46,077 nucleotides of DNA from Eubacteriales bacterium (GCA_045632205.1 JAZQWH010000005.1:1-46077); one strand, 5' to 3'. Shown: positions 7,063 to 14,967, numbered from the stretch's first letter. The notes: generated from the sequence alone by a model not told the origin. Made by a program: numbers and translations.

Positions 7063-7091
7063 ATGTTGCCGGGTTTTTGACCCGGCAACAC
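7063..7091. repeat. Perfect inverted repeat GTTGCCGGG-n7-CCCGGCAAC; the right arm duplicates the 11-mer CCCGGCAACAC of the tRNA fragment (6899-6909)
   Basis: Read directly. There is no U-run on either strand, so it is not a classical terminator. Confidence 0.7.
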
Positions 7092-7113
7092 AAAAACGAG
7101 CGCCGAATGTGCG

Positions 7114-7464
7114 TTACAGCACGTCCAGTCCCGGATCGTCGCGCTTGCTCGCGCTCTCGGTATAAAGCAACGTCGCATAAGCCGCACGTCCCGCTTCGTC
7201 GTTCTTCATTCCCGACTTGGCAAGATAGCGATAAAATCCCGCGCTGTCGATATCCTGAAAGACAATCCGCGCCGCCACGTCAGGATCCAGCATTTCCAAA
7301 AACAACCTCTCTCCCATCTTGAAGCGGTCGTAGTTCTCTTTGGAGCGGATTTCTTCAAATTCCTCCCGCGTGTAAGTCGCCAGCACCAACACCGATTCCG
7401 GGTGTTCGTGCGCTATTCGCTCCACGGCTTCCGCCTGATGCTCCGCGTCCGATATTACAGACAT
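7114..7464 (-). CDS. Hypothetical protein, 116 aa
   Basis: ORF track. Protein-like composition. Last gene of the leftward 9.4-7.1 kb operon. Confidence 0.65.
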   Translation of the reverse strand: MSVISDAEHQAEAVERIAHEHPESVLVLATYTREEFEEIRSKENYDRFKMGERLFLEMLDPDVAARIVFQDIDSAGFYRYLAKSGMKNDEAGRAAYATLLYTESASKRDDPGLDVL

Positions 7465-7512
7465 GATTAATTCCCTTCCGAACGTGCATTACAGCACGTG
7501 CCATGTAGCGCG

Positions 7513-8034
7513 CTACTCGAAGTAATAAAGTTTGGTTCGCCCCTCGTAGACATACCCGTCGCGTGTGTCTGTCCGCTTGCGGGACTGTATATAGAACGTC
7601 TTGAACTTGATCCGATGGCCGTCCTTGAGTTCCGATTCACGCACGTCATCCCAATTCCGCTGGCAAGCACGGTAACGACCGAGCAGATGTTTCCCAAGCC
7701 GAATACGTGTCGCCGCTTGCGATTTTTTCATCCGCTCGCGCCAATCCGGGCATTTCTCCCGCGCCGCGTTCATTTTGTCTACCAGCCCCATTCGCATTTT
7801 GCGTGTTCGCTCCGCCGGCGTCGGTCCCTGCTGCGGCCATTCTCCCGCCGCGCGCTTTTCGCGTTCGATCCCCTGCACGTGTTCACGGGGGAACGTGGTT
7901 TTTCCGTTGCGCCAGTTGTAGACGGTCTGCAACGTGACCCCCATTGCGGCGGCAAACTCCATCATCGACACGTTATTTCGCTCGCAGATTTCGTTGATCT
8001 CCGCGACTTTGACTTTCGCTATATAGCGCGACAT
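7513..8034 (-). CDS. HTH DNA-binding protein (N-terminal XRE-like HTH, basic C-terminal domain)
   Basis: EICERNNVSMMEFAAAMGVTLQTVYNWRNGK. GGAGG lies 8 nt upstream of the ATG. Confidence 0.7.
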   Translation of the reverse strand: MSRYIAKVKVAEINEICERNNVSMMEFAAAMGVTLQTVYNWRNGKTTFPREHVQGIEREKRAAGEWPQQGPTPAERTRKMRMGLVDKMNAAREKCPDWRERMKKSQAATRIRLGKHLLGRYRACQRNWDDVRESELKDGHRIKFKTFYIQSRKRTDTRDGYVYEGRTKLYYFE

Positions 8035-8054
8035 ATCATATCCTCCGCACGTGT

Positions 8055-8135
8055 TTACTTTTCAAAAACCGGATTGCCGTTTTCGTCGCAGTCGATCCAT
8101 TCCCCCGTGACGGGGTCAACAAAATACTTTTCCAT
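8055..8135 (-). CDS. Micro-ORF, 26 aa (MEKYFVDPVTGEWIDCDENGNPVFEK)
   Basis: Hand-translated. AAGGAG lies upstream. Confidence 0.35.
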   Translation of the reverse strand: MEKYFVDPVTGEWIDCDENGNPVFEK

Positions 8136-8195
8136 TTCCTTTTCGCTCCTTACTTTAGCACGTGTTTTCTTTTTTTCAAACCGAAGTTGTTTTAT

Positions 8196-8429
8196 TTATC
8201 CCGCAATCCGCCCCGCCGAACGTCGCCAAAGTTCCTTGAAGTCGTAATATCGGTTGAAAAGTTCCTCCGATATGCAAGCAACTTGCGCCATTTCAATATC
8301 TCCAACTTCAAGGATGTAATAGCGGATTTCGTGCTGCTGCAGAAACGCAATGTCTCCGTAACTCAAATCCTCATCACGCTCTACCGCCGCTTTGATCTCT
8401 TTGTATTCGTTGTACTGTTCGCGGTTCAT
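8196..8429 (-). CDS. Hypothetical protein, 77 aa
   Basis: AAAGGAG lies 8 nt before ATG 8429 (MNREQYNEYKE...). The ORF-track start at 8462 is less likely. Confidence 0.6.
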   Translation of the reverse strand: MNREQYNEYKEIKAAVERDEDLSYGDIAFLQQHEIRYYILEVGDIEMAQVACISEELFNRYYDFKELWRRSAGRIAG

Positions 8430-8454
8430 TGTCCTAACTCCTTTTTTGCACGTG

Positions 8455-8664
8455 TCAAGCAAGACGATTTTTCCCGTAAATAGACCAAACTTCCACCTTG
8501 CAAGGGCGTGGCGCGTCTTCCATCTTCGCCGCGAATTGCATCAATTTTGCATAGGTCCCTCGTTTAGTTCTGGTACGTTCGCTTTTTCCATAGGTATAAT
8601 CGAGATACCATATATCACCATGACGATCAAAAGAATACATGCCGAGATAATGATACTTCGCCAT
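8455..8664 (-). CDS. Hypothetical protein, 69 aa
   Basis: ORF track. GGAGG lies upstream. Tightly packed against its neighbours. Confidence 0.55.
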   Translation of the reverse strand: MAKYHYLGMYSFDRHGDIWYLDYTYGKSERTRTKRGTYAKLMQFAAKMEDAPRPCKVEVWSIYGKNRLA

Positions 8665-8666
8665 TT

Positions 8667-8882
8667 TTACCGATCCTCCATGTTATACCAAAAAATACGA
8701 CCTTCCGACGCTGCCGAACAGATACCGCATTTCGCGCTATCGAAATCAAAGAAAAACGAAATCCGATTGATCCGACATGCGCGCGCATTGTTTTGCTTGC
8801 ACCACTCCAGCGCAAGCGGAAAATATTTCCGTTCGGTTTGAGTGATGTAGACTTTTTCGCTATTTCGCTCAAGTTTCAACAT
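8667..8882 (-). CDS. Hypothetical protein, 71 aa
   Basis: ORF track. GGAGGGGG lies upstream. Confidence 0.55.
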   Translation of the reverse strand: MLKLERNSEKVYITQTERKYFPLALEWCKQNNARACRINRISFFFDFDSAKCGICSAASEGRIFWYNMEDR

Positions 8883-8885
8883 GAT

Positions 8886-8981
8886 TTACCCCCTCCGAAA
8901 AACGCGGATCAGAACCGCACCAAAACCACCACACACAATCGGAGCAACCCCGACCACCAACAGAAAAGCAACGTCGAACAT
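8886..8981 (-). CDS. Micro-ORF, 31 aa, single TM (MFDVAFLLVVGVAPIVCGGFGAVLIRVFRRG)
   Basis: Hand-translated. GAGGTG lies upstream. Confidence 0.35.
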   Translation of the reverse strand: MFDVAFLLVVGVAPIVCGGFGAVLIRVFRRG

Positions 8982-8990
8982 TAGCGCACC

Positions 8991-9428
8991 TCACTTCGCA
9001 ATAACGACATAACGACCACCGCCGAAGCGGTAACGCTCTACTTTTCGGACTTCGAATCCGATTTTTTCAAGAACACATTCGACGCTCTCAAATCCGCATC
9101 CGCCGTTCAGACATATTTTATAACCAGGGCGGAAATGCTTGCGGTGCTTTTTGGCAATCGGATCATAGAAATCGAGCGCGTAAAAATCATCCGCCGCAAG
9201 TTTCTCAAGTTCGGCAGCAAAATGCACCTTTACCCATTCGGCGAACACCGTACCGGCCATATCGTAACCGCCCCCATTGCACCGAGCGATTTTCTGACCG
9301 TATTCGCGGAGCGTGCAGATTCTCTGACCGTAAGTGTCACGGCCGCGACTTTCGCCATATTTGATCGTGAAACTCGGAAGTTCCGCGGCAATTTCGATCC
9401 GCTGCGATTTGCTGATAAGATAACGCAT
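8991..9428 (-). CDS. Hypothetical protein, 145 aa (first gene of the leftward accessory operon)
   Basis: ATG 9428 (MRYLISKSQ...). The upstream part of track ORF 8991-9521 overlaps a promoter and a hairpin. Confidence 0.6.
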   Translation of the reverse strand: MRYLISKSQRIEIAAELPSFTIKYGESRGRDTYGQRICTLREYGQKIARCNGGGYDMAGTVFAEWVKVHFAAELEKLAADDFYALDFYDPIAKKHRKHFRPGYKICLNGGCGFESVECVLEKIGFEVRKVERYRFGGGRYVVIAK

Positions 9429-9442
9429 AATACAAACCTTTC

Positions 9443-9470
9443 TTGACTTTTCCCCGAAGCGGTCTATATT
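9443..9470 (+). promoter_or_regulatory. Sigma70-type promoter: TTGACT (9443-9448), 16 nt, TATATT (9465-9470), rightward
   Basis: Read directly. The -10 lies in the loop of the inverted repeat CCCGAAGCG/CGCTTCGGG. Confidence 0.5.
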
Positions 9471-9476
9471 ATGTTC

Positions 9477-9550
9477 GCTTCGGGATTTACTGGTTACTTC
9501 CTGAATGCCCGCTCCGGCCATGCTGCGAACATGGCCGGAGCAACTTTTTT
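9477..9550 (+). ncRNA. Candidate ~70-nt terminated transcript (late-operon leader or cis-antisense sRNA)
   Basis: It lies between the 9443 promoter and the 9511-9550 terminator. It is complementary to the 5' UTR expected from the leftward promoter at 9625-9652. Confidence 0.35.
9511..9550 (+). terminator. Intrinsic terminator: 12-bp stem GCTCCGGCCATG/CATGGCCGGAGC, 7-nt loop, then AAC plus T6
   Basis: Perfect stem followed by a T-run on the + strand only. Confidence 0.7.
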
Positions 9551-9624
9551 AAATCTTTCGTTTCACCTCCATTTTTACTTGACTTTCAAGCGGTCTAACC
9601 GTCTCTTTTTCTTACTTCATTTAT

Positions 9625-9652
9625 AATATATCATCTTTTTTGAAAAATACAA
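9625..9652 (-). promoter_or_regulatory. Leftward promoter: TTGTAT, 16 nt, TGaTATATT (extended -10)
   Basis: Read on the minus strand. It faces the 9443 promoter. Confidence 0.5.
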
Positions 9653-9681
9653 GTCTATTCAAATAAAAAATTCAACTTTTT

Positions 9682-9702
9682 TTCAAAAAAATACGACTTT
9701 TC
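9682..9702 (+). promoter_or_regulatory. Variant copy of the late-block motif (TTCAAAAAAATACGACTTTTC); a looser copy lies at 9636-9660
   Basis: Similar to the exact 23-mers at 14906 and 26381. Confidence 0.4.
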
Positions 9703-9874
9703 TCCCCCTCCCGCTATTTTCCCCTCGACAATTCAATAACACACTTTTTCACTTGTCAAGCGGAAAATGCAAGTAATTGCGAAAACTCAATATCACTCCA
9801 TCCCCAAAAAAAAGACTGGACCAAAGCCAAAAAACAACCCCGAAAAAAAAGAGAGAAAAGGGGGTTTAGGGGAT

Positions 9875-10441
9875 ATGAGTGTTTTTCCTCATAAGTGCAG
9901 TAATAATATTATCTCACATGCACAAGCTGAAATTAATATCCCTCCAACATCAAAATACCCCGAAAAAGATAGCGTAATTAAGGAAGTTTTGCGCCTTATC
10001 GCAGAAGGGTTATCTATTCCCGAAATAGAGAAAATTCCCGGTCTACCTCCAAGATATACGCTAAATGAGTGGATAGCGTCTAACAAGTACGGGATTTCCC
10101 TCGCCTATACAAGCGCACGGGAAGCAAGAGCAGACCGGCTGGCAAGTGAAGTTATGGAGATTGCCGACACTGTGGACACGCGGAACCCGGTAGCAGTTCA
10201 AAAGGCGCGACTACAAACTGATGTGCGGAAATGGTACTTATCACATCTGCTCCCGGAGAAGTACGGCGACTTGCGGCGCTTGGAGGTCACCGGGAAGAAT
10301 GGCGGCGCAATCGGGATCACCGCAGTTGGAATTACCGCTATCGAGGACGCGCGGAAGTTGCGCGCCATGCTGTTCGGAGGAGATAGCGTGGTAGACGTCG
10401 AAGCGACCGAGGACAACGACGAATCAATCCGCAAGGGGTAA
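9875..10441 (+). CDS. terS: Terminase small subunit
   Basis: HTH LIAEGLSIPEIEKI.., then ..YTSAREARADRLASEVMEIAD...ARLQTDVRKWYLSHLLPEKYGD, typical of TerS. 9767-9874 is an A-rich, unlikely coding extension. Confidence 0.8.
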   Translation: MSVFPHKCSNNIISHAQAEINIPPTSKYPEKDSVIKEVLRLIAEGLSIPEIEKIPGLPPRYTLNEWIASNKYGISLAYTSAREARADRLASEVMEIADTVDTRNPVAVQKARLQTDVRKWYLSHLLPEKYGDLRRLEVTGKNGGAIGITAVGITAIEDARKLRAMLFGGDSVVDVEATEDNDESIRKG

Positions 10442-10530
10442 AATCCGATATATGACTACAGCATCAAGGACTTATGACTTGCAACGTCGCATAATAGCCA
10501 TTATGTAAAACCAGACATAGGGAAAAAGCG

Positions 10531-12198
10531 TTGAATATCAAGACCTTAGGTATAGCGGAATGTCAGGACGCCTTAGCATGGTGCGAAGCGCACCCAGCCG
10601 GGGCGCGTCTGCTGCTTCGATCCAGTTTTGCGGCCTTCATTCAGATTTTCCACTTCTACCGCCATAAGGAGCCGTTTACTTTTCGCCCATTCCATGAAAT
10701 GATGGTAAAAGCCCTTGAGAGCCGAGTTTTTCCCAATCGGTGCAATGATAGCGCCGCTACGCTATCTCGCGCCACAGATGCCCCGGAACGCAAAAAAACG
10801 GCAACAGAAAAAGCGGTTTTAGGATCTCCATATCGCGGGACTCCGCGAATTGCCCCTTCCGTCCCCTCTCCTATTTCTTCCGGCAAAGTGAAAAACTGCA
10901 TGTGTATAGAAAAAAGCGGGTCCCATACGGGGGGGGGTGTATATACGGCGAAGAACTTGTATATCGGGATGCCGCCGAGGTTTGGAAAGACGCAGGTGTG
11001 CAAATATTTTGCGGCGTGGACATACGCGGTCAATCCTGCATGCAACTACATATTGACGAGTTACGGAGCGGAGTTGGTAGCGGACACGAGCAAGTACATT
11101 CGGGAACTGGTGGACAGCGATTTATACCGGAAGATATTTCCGGGTGTGGTGGTGGACGCGGCGAGCAGCGCGGCAGACTTGTGGAAGATAAAGGGGGGTG
11201 GAGGATTTCGGGCGGCGACGATAGACGGCGTGGTAACGGGTTTTGGAGCGGGTACGGCGGCGAATGGATATGGCGGGGCGCTGATAATCGACGATTTTCT
11301 GAAAGCGACGGAGGCGCGGAGCAAAGCGGCGAAGGATGGGGTGATCGCGGCGTACACGGGGGCGTTGAAGAGCCGATTGAACAGCCCGGAGACGCCGATA
11401 ATCGTGATTGCGCAGCGGTTGGCGGTGGATGATTTGATTGGTTACATCGAGGAAAACGAGCGTGACAGGTGGGATTTTCTGTTGTTGAAGGGATACGACG
11501 AGGAAGAACATCGGAGTATCTGGGAAGAACGGATAACGACGGCGGAGTTGGAGCGATTGAAGCGGCAAGCGCCAGGGGTATTTGCGGCGCAGTATCAGCA
11601 AAGCCCGGTGGTGGCGGGCGGCGATGTGTTCAAGACGGAGTGGTGGAAGTTCTTTGATCCGGGGGATGCGGGGTACATCTACCGAAGGGTGTATATCTGC
11701 GCTGACACGGCAATGAAAACGGGTCGGCAGAACGATTTTACGGTGCTTGGGTGCTTTGGGGTGACGAAGGAGAACGAGATACACTTGCTGGACATGGTTC
11801 GGGGGAAGTTCGAAGCGCCGGATTTGGAAAAGGTATTTGTGAACTTTTGGCAGAAGTGGAGAAGAGGCGGTGCGGGGTTGCGCCGTCCTCCGGTGGGGGC
11901 GGTGTATGTGGAGGACAAGTCGTCGGGGATCGGGTTGATCCAGTCGATCAGGCGGCGGGGGGTCCCGGTGATGGGGATGCGTCCGACGCGGGACAAGTAT
12001 ACGAGGGCGTTGGAGGCGGTTCCGACGATAGCGGCGGGTCTGCTGAAACTGCCGAACAGCGCGACTGACCCGATAAGTGCGGCGGTGATAGCGGAGTGCG
12101 AGGCGTTCCGACAGGACATGTCGCACAAGCACGATGACATAGTGGACATGCTGTGCTACGGCGTGGAGAAGGCGTCGGGCGGCAAGGGGATAATATGA
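10531..12198 (+). CDS. terL: Terminase large subunit (TTG start), with an atypical ~65-aa insert before Walker A
   Basis: Walker A GMPPRFGKTQ. Later ATPase and RNaseH-like nuclease region (..IIDDF.., ..ICADTA..). Sits before the portal gene. Confidence 0.88.
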   Translation: MNIKTLGIAECQDALAWCEAHPAGARLLLRSSFAAFIQIFHFYRHKEPFTFRPFHEMMVKALESRVFPNRCNDSAATLSRATDAPERKKTATEKAVLGSPYRGTPRIAPSVPSPISSGKVKNCMCIEKSGSHTGGGVYTAKNLYIGMPPRFGKTQVCKYFAAWTYAVNPACNYILTSYGAELVADTSKYIRELVDSDLYRKIFPGVVVDAASSAADLWKIKGGGGFRAATIDGVVTGFGAGTAANGYGGALIIDDFLKATEARSKAAKDGVIAAYTGALKSRLNSPETPIIVIAQRLAVDDLIGYIEENERDRWDFLLLKGYDEEEHRSIWEERITTAELERLKRQAPGVFAAQYQQSPVVAGGDVFKTEWWKFFDPGDAGYIYRRVYICADTAMKTGRQNDFTVLGCFGVTKENEIHLLDMVRGKFEAPDLEKVFVNFWQKWRRGGAGLRRPPVGAVYVEDKSSGIGLIQSIRRRGVPVMGMRPTRDKYTRALEAVPTIAAGLLKLPNSATDPISAAVIAECEAFRQDMSHKHDDIVDMLCYGVEKASGGKGII

Positions 12199-12199
12199 G

Positions 12200-13876
12200 A
12201 TGACCGGGAAGAAACTCAAGGAGATAGAAGAAATGTTCGATTTTTTGAAAAGCGAGAAAGAGGCGGAGAAGGTGGAGCCGAAGGTGTCTGCGGATGCGTC
12301 GGAGCATGTGAGCGCGGAGGAACTGCGCCGCTTCGAGAAAGCGCGGGCGGAACTCAAGAAGCGCATCCGGGAAGTGGAAGCGAAGCGCGAGCAGAAGCGC
12401 GCGGAGTTGCTAGGAAAGATTTTTCCGCAGCGGACGATGACGGAAATAGAATTTGGCGGGGAGCGCAGGGGCGAGGCTTCGGCGCTGGCGATGGACTGCG
12501 CGCTGCCGGGGTTGGGCGGCGGGGTGTCGATGGCGCAGCGGATGATGCTCGACCGCGAGATAATTGATCGGATGCCCGCGTACTTCATCGGGTGGGACAC
12601 CTGCGCGGTGCTGGCGCAGAACTGGCTGATCGACCGGGCGTGTACCATTCCGGGCGAGGACGCGGTTTCGCCGGGGTGGGAGTTGGAGTATTCCGAGAGC
12701 GTGAGCAAAACGGGAAACATCACCGAAGCGGGGCAGATCGAACAGGCGAAGCGATTGAAGGAGATCGAACAAAGCGCCGAGGAGTTCGATTTGGTGGAGG
12801 TGCTGAAAAAGGCCGAGCGGCTGAAAAAGATTTTCGGCTATTCACTGATTGTCCCCGACATCGAGGGAGTGGACATGTCGAAGCCGTTTACCTCCGACAC
12901 GCCGATCCGCAAAGGGTCGTACAAGGGGTTTGCCGTGATCGAACCGATGTGGGTTATTCCGCAGTTGGGCGAAAACGGTCTCAACCCGGCGAGCAAAGAT
13001 TTTTACAACCCGGAATGGTATCGGGTGGCGACGATGGACATGCGGATTCACCGGAGTTGGTGCTTGAAGTTGGTGAACTCGCCCGTTGCCGACCGCCTGA
13101 AACCCGCGTATTTCTTCGGCGGGGTGTCGCTGACGCAGCAGATTTTCAAGCGCGTCTACGCGGCGGAGAGCGTGGCGAACGAAGCCCCCAACTTGGCAAT
13201 GACGAAACGCTTGCGGTGGCTCACGGGGTCGCTGGAAACCGCGGTGGCGAATCCGGATTTGATCGACGAGCGGATGAAGATGCTGGTCGAGTTGGCGGAC
13301 AACTACAGCACCGTCCTTGTGGGCGAGGATGGGCGCGTCGGGCAGTTGGATACGAGTTTGACCGACTTCGACGAAATGACGATGACGCAATATCAGTTGG
13401 TGGCAGCGGTGGCGCAGGTCCCGGTCACTAAACTCATGAAAACGCAGGTGCGGGGCTTCGACAGTTCGGGGAGTTACGAGCGGGACGATTACAACCAAGC
13501 GCTGCGGACGATACAGGAAAACGACTTCACGCCGATCATCCAGCGCCACAATATGCTGTTCAGCCGCTCCGAGTACGGCGAAAATCCGGCGCTCACGGTG
13601 CGGTGGCACGAGATCCAGTTGCCCAGCCCCAAGGAGGCGGCGGAGATACGGCTGATCGACGCGCAGCGCGACGCGCATTTGATCAATGCGTCGGTCATCA
13701 GCCCGGACGAGGCGCGGGAACACTTGCGGAACGATGACAAGAGCGGCTACACCGAACTTGCGGACGAGATGGAGGGCGAAACGCTGTCCGAGTTGGAAAA
13801 CAGCGATTACGTCCCGGATTTCGTCGGAACTTCGCCGGACAAGGGGCTTGGCAAGCCCGTGAGTGCGGAGGCGTGA
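12200..13876 (+). CDS. Portal protein (DUF1073-like)
   Basis: Size and position after TerL. Conserved-looking core. Acidic C-terminus. Confidence 0.8.
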   Translation: MTGKKLKEIEEMFDFLKSEKEAEKVEPKVSADASEHVSAEELRRFEKARAELKKRIREVEAKREQKRAELLGKIFPQRTMTEIEFGGERRGEASALAMDCALPGLGGGVSMAQRMMLDREIIDRMPAYFIGWDTCAVLAQNWLIDRACTIPGEDAVSPGWELEYSESVSKTGNITEAGQIEQAKRLKEIEQSAEEFDLVEVLKKAERLKKIFGYSLIVPDIEGVDMSKPFTSDTPIRKGSYKGFAVIEPMWVIPQLGENGLNPASKDFYNPEWYRVATMDMRIHRSWCLKLVNSPVADRLKPAYFFGGVSLTQQIFKRVYAAESVANEAPNLAMTKRLRWLTGSLETAVANPDLIDERMKMLVELADNYSTVLVGEDGRVGQLDTSLTDFDEMTMTQYQLVAAVAQVPVTKLMKTQVRGFDSSGSYERDDYNQALRTIQENDFTPIIQRHNMLFSRSEYGENPALTVRWHEIQLPSPKEAAEIRLIDAQRDAHLINASVISPDEAREHLRNDDKSGYTELADEMEGETLSELENSDYVPDFVGTSPDKGLGKPVSAEA

Positions 13877-13877
13877 C

Positions 13878-14831
13878 ATGAGACGGCGGGCGACGGGAAC
13901 GCGGCGGCGACTGCTCCGGTCGCAGCCGTTTCTCCCCAACCGGGGATTGGAGATCGAATACGCGAAAGAGTTGCGCGGCTTGGTGCTGCCGATGGTAAAG
14001 GAGGTCCGGGCGCAGATCATGAAGTTGTACCGCCGCTACGCTTCGACGCTGGCGGTGGACGGCAAGCCGTCCATAACGCTTGACGCTATAGGCGACGAAT
14101 TGCAGACGCTTCTCGACGATTTTTCGACGCGCTACGGCATCGAGTTTGCGCAGAAAGGGCGCATGGCGGCGGAGCGCATGGTGCGCAAGCAGCGGGAAAA
14201 CGCCGATGCGACCTTTGCGGGGCGCATGGCGGCGCTGATGCCATCGGGCGCGGCGTTGCCTCCCGGTGTGGAAACGATGGGCGTAGCGGAGGCGGAAAAA
14301 CGCATAGACGGCGAATCGCCGATAGTGCCGATACTCGCGGCAGCGGCGATAGCGGCAATAGCGCCGGAGTTGCGCGAGGTGCTTTCGGCGGCGGTGATCG
14401 AAAACGAGAGCCTGATAAAGATTATTCCGGCAAAGTTCCTCGACCGCGCGGCGGGAGCGACGACACGGGCGGTGCAGGCCGGGGCGACACCGAAAGAGTT
14501 GAACGCGGCGCTCACAAAATACGGCAACATGACACTAAATCACGCTACGCGGATAGCGCTCGACCAAACCTTCAAGACCTTTACTTCCATCAATCTGCGG
14601 AAGTTCCAAAAGGCGGGGATCAAACAGTTCGAGTGGCTGCATACCGGCGGCAGCGTCCATCCGCGAGAGCATCACTTGACCGAGGCCCCGGCGGGGTTGA
14701 ACCACGGTATCTTCGACCTCGACGATCCGCCGGTAATCGACCCGCGCACCGGGGAACGCGGCTACCCGGGGCAGTTGCCCTACTGCCGCTGCGTGATGGC
14801 GGCGGTGGTGGACTTGAACATGTTCGGTTGA
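13878..14831 (+). CDS. Head morphogenesis protein (Mu F / SPP1 gp7-like)
   Basis: C-terminal ..HPREHHL...GYPGQLPYCRCVM motif. Sits after the portal gene. Confidence 0.75.
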   Translation: MRRRATGTRRRLLRSQPFLPNRGLEIEYAKELRGLVLPMVKEVRAQIMKLYRRYASTLAVDGKPSITLDAIGDELQTLLDDFSTRYGIEFAQKGRMAAERMVRKQRENADATFAGRMAALMPSGAALPPGVETMGVAEAEKRIDGESPIVPILAAAAIAAIAPELREVLSAAVIENESLIKIIPAKFLDRAAGATTRAVQAGATPKELNAALTKYGNMTLNHATRIALDQTFKTFTSINLRKFQKAGIKQFEWLHTGGSVHPREHHLTEAPAGLNHGIFDLDDPPVIDPRTGERGYPGQLPYCRCVMAAVVDLNMFG

Positions 14832-14848
14832 GATACAACACGAGGAAC

Positions 14849-14887
14849 GGCGGCGCGCTTTTTTGAGGTGCGCCGCTTCTTTTTTAT
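14849..14887 (+). terminator. Intrinsic terminator (stem GCGGCGC/GCGCCGC, then TTCTTTTTT)
   Basis: Hairpin 14850-14876 followed by a T-run. Confidence 0.6.
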
Positions 14888-14905
14888 CCTCAAAATAAAA
14901 AAATA

Positions 14906-14928
14906 TTGCAAAAAATACGACTTTTTTG
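14906..14928 (+). promoter_or_regulatory. Exact 23-mer TTGCAAAAAATACGACTTTTTTG, putative late promoter or activator site
   Basis: Identical to 26381-26403. Lies 40 nt upstream of the scaffold gene, after a terminator. Confidence 0.5.
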
Positions 14929-14967
14929 TTTTCCGTGGTTTATTGCACTTGTAACGAAAGGGATATC

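Noticed and set aside
7063-7091. The 9-bp perfect hairpin considered as the terminator of the int operon or of the leftward operon.
   Set aside because: No U-run follows on either strand. Because it duplicates the tRNA 11-mer, it is more plausibly a recombination-related site.
7498-8247. +strand 249-aa ORF across the accessory operon.
   Set aside because: It overlaps minus-strand genes that have an HTH motif and ribosome sites. Its translation is Pro/Arg/Ser-rich.
9767-9874. N-terminal extension of the small terminase ORF (track start 9767).
   Set aside because: The stretch is A-rich and low in complexity (..KKKTGPKPKNNPEKKERKGG..) with no ribosome site. ATG 9875 follows a G-rich site and precedes the conserved TerS HTH.
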